From the NCBI RefSeq assembly GCF_009914755.1, contig NC_060931.1: a DNA stretch of 64,000 bases; one strand, given 5' to 3'. Origin of the DNA: the human T2T-CHM13v2.0 reference genome, Homo sapiens. Both the position numbers and the translations under genes were made by a program. The notes under the pieces were generated by a model. The model was not told the DNA's origin and ran no database searches. It worked only from the letters and a program-made list of their open reading frames with translations. The stretch's first letter is position 1; every line of letters starts with the position of its first letter. Positions 1 through 13,956 of the stretch are shown in pieces.

Positions 1-371
1 TATATATATTCTAAGTAAAATTCAGATTAAAATCAATTTTTACCAATAATTTGATTTATCCATTTGAAAAAATATAGTAAAATCTCACACTTTGCTGTGG
101 ATTTGTAATTTTTATTTAATTGTGTCATTTGATTTAAATAAATTGAAGATTGTTAGACTCCTACCTGATCATAATTGTTATAAGCGTACAAATAATGTGC
201 TCCTAATTATCTCAGCCTTCTTGAGCTCATAAAACCGGGAAACATTTTTGCAAAACTCACACCTTATTTATGAAGGGTGGCAGGATGTTCCATCTTTCCA
301 ATCTTTAGAATTCAGAATCTTCCCCTTACTTTAGTCCTCAGCCTCAAGTGACATCTGAGTAAATTTTTAAA

Positions 372-669
372 TTATTTATTTATTTATTTTTGAGATGGAA
401 TTTCACTCTTGTTGCCCAGGCTGGAGTGCAGTGGTGCAATCTCGGCTCACTGCAGTCTCTGGCCTCCCGGGATCAAGTGATTCTCCTGCCTCAGCCTCCT
501 GAGTAGCTTGGATTACAGGAGCCTGACACCATGCATAATTTTTTTTTTGGTAGAGTTTGGGTTTGGCCATGTTGGCCAGGCTGGTCTCACAACTCCTGGC
601 CTCAGGTGATCCGCCCACCTAGGCCTCCCAAAGCGTTGGGATTACAGGCGTGAGCCACCGCACGTGGCC
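372..669 (-). mobile_element. Alu SINE (AluS-type), full length
   Basis: (TTTA)n tail followed by GAGATGGA...GCCCAGGCTGGAGTGCAGTGG...GGGATTACAGGCGTGAGCCACC. Confidence 0.95.
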
Positions 670-752
670 AACTTTGTTTATTTTTAACTGACTATTTTTT
701 TTTTAATCTTATGCTTTTGCTTAAGATAGAGTATATGAACGGTAGCACTCAC

Positions 753-926
753 CATAACATGATTTTGTTTCTAACATCTGCTCTGGGCACAGATGCTGAT
801 TCTCTAGTTCTTGTATAATCACCGGTCTGGATCTGACCTGTATTCCACCAAAGCCTAGATCCTCACCATTCACACAGGTCAGCTGACACAGGCTCCAGGA
901 AGACCAGTCCTTCAAATAACAGTCAC
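753..926 (-). CDS. THSD7A: THSD7A coding exon (174 nt, phase 1-1): (G)DCYLKDWSSWSLCQLTC...LETKSCY
   Basis: Acceptor gttttacag|GT, donor TATG|gtgagt. Lies inside ORF 721..939. Confidence 0.95.
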
Positions 927-1509
927 CTGTAAAACACATATTTGTAATTTACACCCATATCCACAGAGAAAAGCCAGCCCGATAATCATTTTAATTCCAA
1001 CCCCAGTAGGCAATGTTTCTGGTATCCCAGTCACACATAATATTTATAAGATTTAAATAAGCATTTAATATTTGTAAATTTGTAATTGTATAACTTTGTA
1101 TATGTATTGTTATTTTCCGTATGGCTATTACTGGTCTATGTGTTGCTTAATGATATCAAAGGTAAATTGTGGCTGACAGGAGCTCATCCACCGTAATTCA
1201 TCTCTTCTTAGGATACAACAAATATTTGATCAAAACCTACTATCATTCTTGTCATTATCATAGTAAAGTGGTTTATTACACATGAGTTACACTCAAAGAA
1301 AGCCTAAATATAAACAGAATTAGTCTTCTAGGTATTCACAATTTTGAAAAGTTTGAAATCCAAGGCCGACAGAGCTGGTTTTATGTTTTCATTCCTATTT
1401 CTTCCCAGATGAGTGGAGGTGAGAGAGACAACTGAGCAGTTGCAGTACTGGAAATAATGCTCACTATTTCCTCTGATCTACATCCTCAATCAACTTCTCT
1501 TTAAAATAT

Positions 1510-1960
1510 TGATTTATTGAAGGATAACAAACATGTAAAATGATCACATATCATAGATGGACAGATGATAGCTGAATTTCGATAATCTGATTATATAACC
1601 ATGTGATCAACACCCAAATCAAGGAACAGAACATTCCCAGGATCTCAAAACCCTCCCTTGTGTGATATATGAAATCATACCATATGTACTTTTTGGTGTC
1701 TGGCTTCTTTCTCTCATTTATGTTTGTGAAATCCATCATACATTTATGAAGTTCTAATTTCTTCATTCGTACAACTTTCCATTGTGTGAATATATCATAA
1801 TTTAGATATCCATTCTACTACTGATGGGCATGTGGGGAGTTGTAAATTTTTCCCATCATGTTATTGTAAACATTTCAGTACAAGTCTTTTGATGAACTTA
1901 TATATGCATTTCTGTTGGGTATGTACCTAGGAGTGCAATTGCTGGGCCATAGTGCATCCA
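1510..1960 (-). mobile_element. Old L1 (L1M-type) 3' end fragment
   Basis: Degenerate L1M 3'UTR motifs: tctggcttctttctctca, ccattgtgtgaatata, tgtacctaggagtgcaattgctgg. Boundaries approximate. Confidence 0.7.
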
Positions 1961-3719
1961 TGCTTCCAAAATCTTTAGCCATTTTAAGAACAGAAAAGAT
2001 TTTATGAAATACACCCTTTCCATTAACCCATCCATTCTTCAGAGTGACTGCTTAGTGATACTCTTCAGAGTACACAGTCAATTATGATAGACACAAATTC
2101 ACAAGGGTTTCTTATCACTTATTTATTCTAGCCAGGTCATATGAATAATTCATATTGCCTTATATTATGCTGAAGGTGACTGGTATTAGCAGAAAGTTGC
2201 CTGGAGATCTGATTAATGGAAAAACTTCTTGTGTCATGCCTAAGAAGTCCTGGTAAGACATGAATTATTGACTAACATATATATACGTAATAGCAAAATG
2301 GAGTGATTTTTGTAGGCCTTTATTAAAGAATGTAATTGGTACTCCTGAAGTACAGAAAGTTCTAGTAAATTTTGGAAATGCAAAGGAAAAAGAAACTAGA
2401 AAGAATTTCTAAATAGTCTGAGAAAGTTTTAGAAACGCTTTTATTTCCTAGGAAATGTCACTTTGGAGTTACTCAGTTTTTAATTATGTAGGAAAACTGC
2501 TAAAGTTAAAAAAATTCCTGTCAATATGAATGTAATAAAATTTCACCTCAGTGATTGAAAATTACATGGAAAGAAAACATACCTTTTCACCAGTAGGCTT
2601 TATCTTTGTGGCAATTCACATTTAGCATCATTTATTTTGCAACAAAATGTAATAAATCTTTTAATGATAGTCTGTGAGTTATGTAATTTTCGCCCCTAAG
2701 TAATACATGTCAGGCTTCAAAGATTTAATAACAGCAAATGAGAGTGAGATACTCCCTTGTCCTAAACACACTTTTCTATTTTGACCATGTAAACCATTGT
2801 AATAACAATAAAATTACCCGATGCCTGCCAAAGATATGACAATTAAACACATGAGATGTATTTCCTAATTTAGTATTCTACTCTTTAAAGCTTATTAGTT
2901 CACATACTGCCAGCTTTCAAAACCCATCATTAGAGAAAACTAGCAAGAGAGGAACTGAAATGAATAGATTGTAATTTAGAAGAGAAGAGCAGCCTCCTAG
3001 ATTTGCAATTACTTTAATTAAAACAATGTGTTTGCTCTATGTTATCATGGGATCCTGTAATTTTCCTTCACATCATTTACCACAGGTTATAATCTTATAT
3101 ATTATATATTATTGTCACTATTAGATTAGCAATTGTTCTTTCCATTAGAAAGTAAGCTGTACAAGGACAGGGTCTCTTGGTCTGCACTGTATCTCTGGCC
3201 TCAAGTCCAGGGCTTGACCTGTAATTACATTTGATAAGTAACAGTCAAATGAGTGAGTGTGTGTGCTGCAGAAAGTATAATGAAATCATGTGAGGAGTGT
3301 CCATAGTAAGGCATATACCACAGTCTGACAAGGATGCCCGTTCTGCTCAATGGTGTGAATGTCACAACAATCCTATTACTGGTGCTGGAGATTTGGTTTT
3401 GGAAAAGTAGGCCTTACAACTTTTAGCCAAGGGTCACTTTTTGTTGCCTCTATGGCCATTCAGTACATCAAGGTCCAAAGGTTCAGTCCTTGGCCCTGCC
3501 TGGAGCTGTCACCTGCTGCCACAGCCTTAGGCTGGGTCTGCAGTGAAGCAAAATGATTTTATTGAATTGTGTGTGAGATCTTAAATGATATCAGACTAGT
3601 TTCAGCAGCAGGAAGTGAAAGGGGAATTGCTGGCTCAGCAAAAGGTTGTTGGCAGCAACACTTTGCCTGGCTTTAGAAAGTCAGATTTTCTTTTCTTTTA
3701 CTTTATTTTTAAATTTTAT

Positions 3720-3890
3720 TTTATTCTATTTTATTTTTTATTGTGATAAGACCATTTAACATGAGATCTACCCACTTAACACATTTTTAGGTATACAATA
3801 CAGTATTGTTAACTACAGGCACTATGTCTTACAACGGATCTCTAGAACTTATTCACCTTGCATAGCTGAACCTTTACACTCATTGAGAAG
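3720..3890 (-). mobile_element. L1MA-type 3' terminal fragment
   Basis: aacatgagatctaccc...tatacaatacagtattgttaacta...gatctctagaacttattca, next to a T-rich tail. Confidence 0.7.
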
Positions 3891-5259
3891 GAGCTGCTAT
3901 TCAGATTTTTGGTTTTTAAAAATAGTTTAGTTCTTGACCTGAAGTAGATGAAAATATCCATGTGTGCAAAGATCAATACAATAGTTGGATATTTTCGGAG
4001 TCTAGGGGGCTTGTCCTCAAAATAACCCCTATCAGGGTTATTTTATTTACTGTTCAATTTCATTCAGTTCATCTTAAACTATACCCTACCATTTTTATCA
4101 TCTCAAATGATTTTTTTTTTTTTTTTTACGAAGGAATAAGTAACTCGATGAGTGAATAAATAGCTAGCCCATGTCAGTTTTTCCAGGTTTTAGGGACTCA
4201 ATCCCATTTACAAATTTTTGTTGATATATGTTATCCACTTTTAAAATTTTCTTAAATCACATCCTTTTATATAGAAAATGTGTTTTATGCCCCATTATTT
4301 TTGCCAAATCCTTAATTTTTAATATTTTGAGGTCACATTCAAAAGAAAATATTGTGAAAGAGATGCAATCTTTAAATCATAATTATAAGCAAATTGGGAG
4401 AATACAAATTTTCCACTTGGGGATAAAATACAGGTAATTCATTTTCAATCTGTTCATTTCCAGTCCACTAATAAATTGTTGCCCCTATCTATACCTTGTT
4501 CAAGGATGGGTTTTCTGGCATATTTTGACATTAAATTTCCTCTACAATTCTCTGCATCAAGCCCAAATTCATAAATATTAGCTTATCACTGTCTGCCATT
4601 TTTTCCATACTATTTGATAAACAAAATTTTCTTTCTACTTTTACTGCATGCACTCATTGTGTCTAACACTGAATCTGAATAATATCTTTCAATAGTTTCC
4701 TCCATACTGCTATTTTGTCTTCCAGTTGTAGATAATCTGTTATTTTCTTACTGAAGACTTTACTAATTATTTTTCTATATTTTATGTTTTGACTACATTT
4801 ATCTAGGTATGAGTTTGTTGTTCATTCTACCCTGGACCCAGGGTAAGCTGTTATTATGAGGACTTAATCTGTTTTTAGCCATTATGTATTTAAACATTGG
4901 CCTCTCTTTCTCTCTTCTGGAAATCCCGAATAGGTTATGTTTTGTCCTTATTTTCTCATCTTTTATTTCATAACTTTTCTGTGGAGCATGGGCTTAAGGC
5001 CTTAAATACCATCTCCTGCAGATGTTAAAACTCCAGAGGGTGTTGAGAGGCCACATGGGAGACCTGGACTTCAACCCTACCTGGCAGTAATGAGACAGCG
5101 TCCCGTTCCCCACAGGCATAGTGTTGAGCTGTTGGCATAGATATTACTGAATAAGAAGACTGTTGACATCCTGTAACTTATACTTTATATGCAACCCCTT
5201 CACGGCCCTTGTCCTAGGAAAAAATAATCAGAATATGAATTCTCCTTTGCCGTTGTTAC

Positions 5260-5434
5260 CTGGGCAAGGCTGGCTGCAGGATTCCTCCAGAACCATATTT
5301 TTATTACCATCTATAATGAGTTCAATGTCAGCACAGAATTCCTCATCCACCACTTTGCTGAAATCATCAGCTGACCCATCACTTACTACACAAGAAATGT
5401 TCCTTGTTCTGGTCCCTTCTCCACACTGGGCCTC
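5260..5434 (-). CDS. THSD7A: THSD7A coding exon (175 nt, phase 0-1): EAQCGEGTRTRNISCVVSDGSADDFSKVVDEEFCADIELIIDGNKNMVLEESCSQPCP
   Basis: Acceptor cattccag|GAG, donor CCAG|gtaaca. Translated by hand. Confidence 0.94.
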
Positions 5435-5869
5435 CTGGAATGGAGGAAGAAATAACTAATTAGAAAAAGAGAAATACTTCATTAGAGAGCTCATCACTTA
5501 GTTATCTCTGCACCACTGACTTTGATTTATGAACATTTAGAGAAGGATTTGAAACCCTAGGGAAGAAGCCCTATAGGGCACTAGCAATAAAGCATACATT
5601 GAACAATTTGTTTCCTAGCTAAAGACAGGAAAATAAATTTTCATTAAAATGAATCAGTCTCCAAATGATTTTAAAAATATAGGGCATGGAGTTTTTGTTA
5701 TCAAAACTAATTAAATGGTTATAAAATGGCAAGTACATACAAATTTTAAGAAGCTTGTCATCTGTGAGCTCTGAAACATATTTCTAACACATTATTTTTA
5801 TGTTTTTCTGCAGATGAAGTCTCTGCAGATAGAGTACACACTTCCTGACAACTTCTTGAGATTTGATAC

Positions 5870-6015
5870 CTGCACTTGGCATGGAGACCACTGGCCATAT
5901 TGCCACCGATAACAAGGCTTCACTGGGCAGGGTTTGGACTGGTCCATCAGGGAAGGGCATGGTCTTCCATCACCTTGAAAGGGCTGGGTCACTGTTCGTC
6001 TTCGGATCATTTTTC
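5870..6015 (-). CDS. THSD7A: THSD7A coding exon (146 nt, phase 1-0): (G)KMIRRRTVTQ...GQWSPCQVQ
   Basis: Acceptor tctcttcaag|GA, donor CAG|gtatca. Preceded by a 250-nt intron. Lies inside ORF 5798..6040. Confidence 0.95.
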
Positions 6016-6265
6016 CTTGAAGAGATACAAAGTGATGCACCTTTAATATATGTTATGGTTTTGCAAGCATATATCTCATTGGGAGAAGGCATCACAGTGA
6101 TATCTCCTGAGGCAATCCAGGAACAAGTAAGGCTTAGATGTTTTGCAAAGAAAGACAACCAATCCAACCTTTCTGAAGATTATTTGATATGGGTTAAAGC
6201 AAGAGGGATATTTTATTTCATATTCCTTGACCAGGAGCCTAATATAAGTTATGGTACAAACAAAC

Positions 6266-6383
6266 CTGTGAGGCCACATGTTTGAGAACATTCTGACCAA
6301 GGAGACCAATCAGAAAGCTGACAGTTCACAGGGCATTCCACCATGCAGGACGTGTTCATCTGCCAGTTCTTCTCCAAGCCAAG
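6266..6383 (-). CDS. THSD7A: THSD7A coding exon (118 nt, phase 0-1): LGLEKNWQMNTSCMVECPVNCQLSDWSPWSECSQTCGLT
   Basis: Acceptor ttcttccag|CTT, donor ACAG|gtttgt. Lies inside ORF 6249..6482. Confidence 0.95.
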
Positions 6384-7095
6384 CTGGAAGAACAGAGGTA
6401 GATCAGGATGTATATTGTAAATTGGGGGAGGGAGCCAGAGAATGAGGTGACAAGAAAGAAGAGAAGGAGGGAGAAAAAGCAAGCCACATAACAGAATAAA
6501 ATGTTACCTGGAGGACAAACATCCAAACTATTGAAAGTATAAAGTGGTTTGACCTAGGAGAGTGGAAGTTAGGGGCACAGGATGAAAGAAGGGGCCCATT
6601 GAATCTATACTTATGTATTGTTTAAGTGTTTTCGATAAGCAATGTAGAAAAGTAGATTTAACCTCCAAATTGGTTGAATTTCCCTAAATGAGGAACAAGT
6701 AAATATAAGCATAAATACTTTCCATTAGGTAAAAACTAGTATCATCAATATTTTGATCTACAACTGTATCTTAGGGATATTATTTATTTTTACATATCTT
6801 AAACTGAAAAGCAAAAGGAAAAGGTTCTAAACATAAATTCATACTCAAAACTAATGATATCATGTATTGAAATAATATAAAGTATCAGCTATCTGTTAAA
6901 AAAAGAAATATGGGTCGCCAAAGTTTTTTTTTGATTATGAATATTTTATGTGCATTTTTTAAAACAAAGATTTTCACTTCTAAAACTTAACTGTGGTATA
7001 ATTCAGTTATGTTGGTGTCAAACCTTCTCATCAGATAATAATGTTGTGCCATTTTATTGGCATTTGGGTTCCATTACTTAAATATTCTGCTTTAA

Positions 7096-7609
<514 letters not shown>

Positions 7610-8709
7610 TTATACAGCAGATAATGGCAAAAATTTATTTTGAAACATTACGTTGTGTTTCAAGTATAGCTCTTAGCTCTAAGTTATCCACTGAGAGAGG
7701 ATCAGATCAAAGCTTTGTGTAATACATCTCTCTGCAGGCACTCCCATTATATTCTACACCAGTAATACTTGACAGAGCTGAGTATTTGGTATGAAAACTT
7801 TTACCATATCACTCAATCGAAGCCTCATAAAGCCACTTAAAAGTCATGGGAGGTTGGAGATAGGAATCTTGAGGTGATATGATAAAAATAAGTGTTACAT
7901 TTAAGGTAAATAATAGTTTCATGGGGACAGTTTGAATCACAGGATTCAATTATTACTGACTTACATATCCACCACTTACACATTTTAGTCCTGTACTACT
8001 TTTTTCCTTACATTGATCATATCTCTCTTTTAATTTGCTCTCTCATTTACCTAAATGTGTGTGTAAATAAATTAAAAAGAAATCTATTCAAAAATCTAAG
8101 AAATAGGAAAGAAAAAACCAATTACTAGGTATCCAATGAGTAAATGTCTGAAAAACACTGAAGATAAAAATAATACTACATAAATGCTAGTTAGGTTTAA
8201 CTCTAATTTTCCTCTTTGTTAGATAACAATGCCATCTTTCTTTGTGGCTGTTAGGGAAGCAGCCAGTGTTACCTACTGATGTGGCACTGAATGCAGGGTT
8301 GCACAGTCGAATTTTAAGTCCTTGAAGACAGTGTTTGCTAGAATGTTAAAACTAGGAGTCCCTAATTGCCATGCAACATTCAAATATTGTAGTATTTGCA
8401 TGTAAGCTTAAAGTCATCTAGGCTCCCATATAATTAAAATTAGTTATTTCCCAGGTTTTTACTCATATTCGATGTAAGAAATCAAGAATTCGGTTTCCAG
8501 CTTTGTCCTTTAATCATATGAAATGGTTTAAAATTGGTCATGTATGCTTAGGTTTCAGCTTTCGCAAAGCTCTCATTTATTTTATATTTCATTCCGACCA
8601 AGGAGTACATTTATGTGTGCAGAAAAAAGGACATACTAATCAACCAGAAGTAGATCACAGCAAGCTCTCCAGCCAGTATATGACCATTATCTTCATTAAT
8701 ACTGATGTT

Positions 8710-9003
8710 CTTTTTTTTTTGAGATGGAGTTTTGCTCTTGTTGCCCAGGCTGGAGTGCAGTGGTGTGATCTTGACTCATGGCACCCTCTGCCTCCTGGGT
8801 TCAAGCGATTCTCCTGCCTTAGCCTCCTGAGTAGCTGGGATTACAGGCATGTGCCACCACGCCCGGCTAATTTTGTATTTTTAGTAGAGATGGGGTTTCT
8901 CCATGTTGGTCAGGCTGGTCCTGAACCCCCGACCTCAGGTGATCCGCCCGACTGAGCCTCCCAAAGTGCTGGGATTAGAGGCTTGAGCCACCCTACTCGG
9001 CTC
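8710..9003 (-). mobile_element. Alu SINE (AluSp/Sq-like)
   Basis: Poly-T tail, then gagttttgctcttgttgcccagg...cccgacctcaggtgatccgccc. TSD-like flanks AATACTGATGTT and AATACTGACATT. Confidence 0.95.
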
Positions 9004-10172
9004 AATACTGACATTATTCTCATAATGGTTATATTGCTTCAATGTTATTGGTTATGAAACTAAAATGATTCAAGTGTGAAATTTCTAATTATTCAAGTTT
9101 AAATAATGAATACATTAGGTAACGTTACAAGGTTATTGCAGGAGGCATTTATTAACTAAACAAATTTGTGTTTTCAACACATGTGGGTGCTCTGCTCTCA
9201 TGAACGGAGATGTAAGAAAGTTAAGTTAAGTTAGGTCCACATGATAAACATATCAAATGAATTAAAATATTTCTGTGTAGAGTTTTCCCCTAGGTATAGG
9301 AACAATTTACTGTGGGCTATAATAACCCCAGGATGTGTAGACAGAAGACACATGGTGTCTGTGTATACTAAACTCTAATGAGGTTACAAACCACTTCTAG
9401 TCTATTCCAGATCTATTGAGGCTCCTACTTATCTTGGTTGGTATTTGACCCAGTGGACCTCAGATGCATGGAGAGTCAACATTTGTCATGTTTTTGGTAT
9501 GGAAATTAGATAAAATTATTACAACATAAAGTGTAGCTTCATAAAAACTAAGAAAGGACAAATACGTTTCTTCACATTTCAGACGCTCACATCTAGGTGT
9601 GACATTACTTTAATCAATTAGATAATACCAGTTACAATTCTCTGTACCTAGAAGATAGTAATGGCTGACTTCATTCCTCTGTTTGAATTTGAGGCTTTCA
9701 CTTAATCAGACCTGAGTACTTAGATGGTCACAGCTGGGTATTAGATCCTAATATCAAAATCTGCTATGAAACCACATGTGATCAATGTTTAGCAACAAAG
9801 AGAATAAATGATGGACCTTGGCAGGTGTCCCAGGCACTACACAAAATTCACATCACATTACAAAGATGATAAGTAGTCTGATTAAAATTTATTGCTTTTA
9901 TTCACCTTACGTATTGTTCCCCAAGCATTTCTTTCAGAATAGGCTAATTAGCATACCTTTGGGCTCCAAGCAGAAGAAAATACAGGAAATTATATGTAGG
10001 AATCAGTAGTGTTGGACATTGTGTCTTTTCAAGAACATACTTAGCCTGTGAACAGTGCAGAAAAACATCTGCTGGCAATGAGCTGCATGGAGCACGGGTC
10101 ACTTGGCTCAGCATGAATTGAAATTATTAGGGAAGAATTTACTCGCGAAGATATAACACAGCATCCACCTAC

Positions 10173-10288
10173 CGCTTCACAATATTTCAGGTCAACTGAC
10201 TTGCCATCACTTCGAACACAATCCAACATCCTTGTTTTTATTCCATTTCCACAAACTGCCTTCTCACTCAGCTGACATGTACTCCAGT
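10173..10288 (-). CDS. THSD7A: THSD7A coding exon (116 nt, phase 1-0): (D)WSTCQLSEKAVCGNGIKTRMLDCVRSDGKSVDLKYCEA
   Basis: Acceptor cctttttttcag|AC, donor GCG|gtaggt. Lies inside ORF 10041..10370. Confidence 0.95.
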
Positions 10289-11621
10289 CTGAAAAAAAGG
10301 GAAGCCCATCAGAACAGAAGGCTAAGTAAGAAACAGATTTCAAATGAAACTCTGATGACCTGAATCCCATATTTAATTCACAACTGCTTCCTAAGCCCCA
10401 TAATCAATCATCCCCCATGCAGAGCATATGGGTCCCAGCTTTGAACGTATCAGGAGTCAAATGGAATTGCTGGGGTTGCACATAGCTACAGGGATTATTC
10501 TTAAAGGCAGATGTCTACTTGAAAATCTTGATAGCTAGCCGTTTGGTGACACTGTGAAAATGGCTTTGGCTTACAGATCAATGTCACTTAAAAACTTTCT
10601 TTCCCAATAAAAATATAATTTAAAATCTTAGCATTACTTTTAGCCAAATAATCATAATTGTGACAGACGGTACTTTAACTGTGTAGTTATATTCAGATAA
10701 AACATACATTTTATTTCCTATCCATATTTAGAATGCAAGAAAATGCATACGTTTATTAAAGTGATAAAAATCACTTTGGCCATATTTATTCATTCTCTTA
10801 TGTCTTTCGCAAGAAGACATAAAAGACACCTCTTTCCCTGGGTAACATAGCACATCCCAGATAACTGTGATTTTTTTTTTTTGTATCATCAAAGGAAACT
10901 GAAGAGAAAAACCAAAAGAAACAAAGCCAATATGACTGTTATGTGTCATTGTACAGTTTCTTGAGTTTGTTGCAGAGTGAAAATTACTTGGGAAAAATTC
11001 CAAAGTAAGCTTTCGTGTTGCCCCAATTCATATAAACCAATAAAAGATTTTCTTTCCTAGAGTATGCACCTTGATGGTATTAAATGAGTTTTAGGGGAAA
11101 AATGCAACTTATAATAAATCTGTTTTTCTGAAAATACTCATCAATTTTTACCTGCACCTTTTATAGCATTGATTTATAATCTTTGGCAAGTTTAAGATTG
11201 CTGACTAATCATGTTTATAAACTGCCCACACCTCATGAATTGTTGCCCCAGTATGTTTTAGCAATTAAGCATCTTCTGAAAAAGAAAGACATTTTTGAAT
11301 AAATCTGATACCTGTGCCAAAAATATTTTAGATTCACCTTCCCGAAGTGAGAGGTTGTCTTATGTAGGAACACTTAGTATATTCACAACCTACTTTAAGG
11401 GCTAATGTCTGTTGACATTTTTATTTCCTCTATCTTAGTGTTTACTAAAAAAAAAACCCAGATAAGTATTTCTGTCATTTAATATGTAATTATTTCTGGG
11501 AAAGTAAGCAGCATATCCAAAAGGCACACAGGTAGAGATGAAGTATACTGACAGGAATGCTTCAGAGCTGACAGACACAGGATTTGGACTTAACTCCGTG
11601 ATCAGATGATGATCCATGTAC

Positions 11622-11766
11622 CTGTTACATTATAATCATAGTGGTAGCAGTTTTTGTTCAGGTTACAGGGTTCTTTCTCAACAGCATTAGGGCAAGATCT
11701 TCCTTCATCAGCTGGTTGTCTGATGGGATCAGCTGACCTTTGCCGGAAACTGCTTTGATTGCAAGG
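11622..11766 (-). CDS. THSD7A: THSD7A coding exon (145 nt, phase 0-1): PCNQSSFRQRSADPIRQPADEGRSCPNAVEKEPCNLNKNCYHYDYNVT
   Basis: Acceptor ttctttttaag|CCT, donor ACAG|gtacat. Translated by hand. Confidence 0.93.
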
Positions 11767-12257
11767 CTTAAAAAGAACAGTACAAATTCTCAGAAAGGTG
11801 AATACTCAGCTACACAACTGGTATATTAGAGACAGCACTGGAGCAGGAGTTAGAACATTTGGGCCACTGGCTAACTCAGAAAAGTCAGTCAACCTCATTA
11901 TGCCTCAGTTGTTCAATGTATAAAATGAAGGTGTTGAATGAGATTTTGATGTACCATCTAGCTATAAGATGCCATGTGTCAAATGTTAATACACACATCA
12001 CCTCACACCTATACACAGCCACACATATGGTGGTCATATTAATTATTATGCTATTATATATATAAAGTTATATGTGTATTATTATATATATAATTATATG
12101 TTTGTGGATTACGTATAGTCTTTTGGGCCTTAAAAGACATTTTAAGAATAACTTTAAATGACTAGGTGTTAGTGACTTTCCTTTTCCTGATGCACACATA
12201 TACATGCATATAAACAATTCTAATTCTAAATCCTAATTTTAATTCTTAATTTAGAAT

Positions 12258-13592
12258 TGAGAAAAAAAAATAAAGTTCTAAGACCTGCAACTGACCAAAT
12301 GGACCCCCTCTTGGCCATAGGGACCACAGAGAAACCTTGAAAACTGAGTTCTCGGCCTTTAGGCGTTCTTCCGTAAGGGTTATACAGAAACAAGCCCTTT
12401 GGAAAAACTCACTCTGCACCTGATCAACCAATTGTCTTGAAACTGCCTTTGCAAAAATTATAACAGTAAGAAAATTATGGCAGTAAAAGAGATCTGATCT
12501 AACCCACCTTCATCTCGCTTTTCTCTTAGTTATTCCTGGGTTTTCGGGGTGAGCTAACTTCAAGAAACATTTACTTTATAGTTTAAATAACAGGCTTTTC
12601 CCCAAACCCAAGTGCCTTTGTAAAGCTAATGAAAGGCCATCAGGCTGGGAGAGGAGAGGAACCTGAATTCTGCTAAGGTGTAGACATAAATGATTGCTAG
12701 CTACTCCTGCAGATGACACCACTATAGTAGATTGGCCTTTGAGATATCTTTTCCATTTTTTTGCATGTCTAACACCCAGGGCTCTACCTGGACCTGCCAA
12801 CCCAGTTCCTGTGCGCCCCTCAGAAGAATTCAGCCTGCAGGAGGACAGCTTTGACCCCTGTGATTTCATCTCTGCCCCAACCAATCAGCAGCAAGCACCC
12901 ATTCCCTGGCAGTCCCACCCCTTCCCCCAAACTGCCTTTGAAAAACCCCTACCTAGGAGCCTTAGACAATATTGATTTGAGTACTAACTCCATCTTCCAT
13001 GTGGCATGGCTGGCCTTATGTCTATTAAACTCTTTCTTTACTGCAATACCCTGGTCTTTATTTGTGCAGCAGGCAGGAAGAACCCCATGGGTGGTTACAG
13101 CCTGACACTGCCTCTCCCTTTTATGGTTGCAACAAAACAACCAACCAGCATTTCTTCCTAATAAGAAACCACTGACCAAGGAGTGGTTCTGGGTAGTCCA
13201 TGGAGGATGTACAGTAAGGGTTTCTGTGACCTCTGTTTCACCTTTTGACATTAGAGCACTGAAAATCCCACCCTTGGATCATGCTAATGCCACCATTTTT
13301 GGTACGTGGGACACGAGGGGGCATAAAGCTCAATTGCACATGCATACTCTTTGTTTTTTATAAATATTCATGACTCCTCATATAGCTTATTAAATATGTC
13401 TATTTGGCCACCCTGCTCAACACAAATTAGTTACTGTTCCCTTTCCATTCCCTAGAAGTGTCTATTTCTGGCTTCTGGCTGGCAGCTATGATTCCCAGCC
13501 TGTCAGGATGGCCACCCTGCAGGCTGCAACCCTTTATGAGATGTAAAGCTCTCCTTTCTAAATTTATGAACCTTGTCATTCTTCAGTTGACA
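12258..13592 (+). mobile_element. ERV1 MER4-group solo LTR (MER4D/E-like), interrupted by a nested LTR
   Basis: Begins TG...aaataaagttctaag...ggacccc and ends ...cattcttcagttgaCA. Subfamily assigned from memory of consensus sequences. Confidence 0.7.
12438..13099 (+). mobile_element. ERV1 solo LTR (LTR8/LTR26-like) nested in the MER4-group LTR
   Basis: TGAAACTGCCTTTGCAAAA...ATTAAA...GGTTACA. 4-bp flanks GTCT and GCCT. Confidence 0.75.
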
Positions 13593-13956
13593 ACATCTAA
13601 AAAGACTGGCTTGCCATTCATCTACTGGTACAGTCTTCTGAAAACAGTTGGTTTCTAAGAACAGTAAGAAACCAGGAACAAGCCTCCATGGACTTTTTAA
13701 GGCCTAAAATAATTGCTTCCTCCTCCCCTGCTTCCGTTGCACTTTGGTCACACTGGAATAACACTATCTGTTTTGACATAATGTGTATTATATAAAGGTC
13801 TTGTTTGTTTCTGCAGTGCACTAGGAGAGGACTTATGTTTTAGATAGCTGTATATTCTCCCTACCTAACACCGTTACTGATAGACAGTAAAAGCTTAGTT
13901 GGTATCTGTTTAATGAAGGCCTGAGTGAAGAAACAATGTGAGTTAAAGGTAAAACA

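Noticed and set aside
5429-5437. NAGNAG tandem acceptor CAG-GAG
   Set aside because: A distal GAG is rarely used after a proximal CAG, and nothing here supports alternative use.
5163-6285. Plus-strand ORFs of 98 and 140 aa
   Set aside because: They are antisense shadows of THSD7A exons, with non-ATG starts and no independent coding signal.
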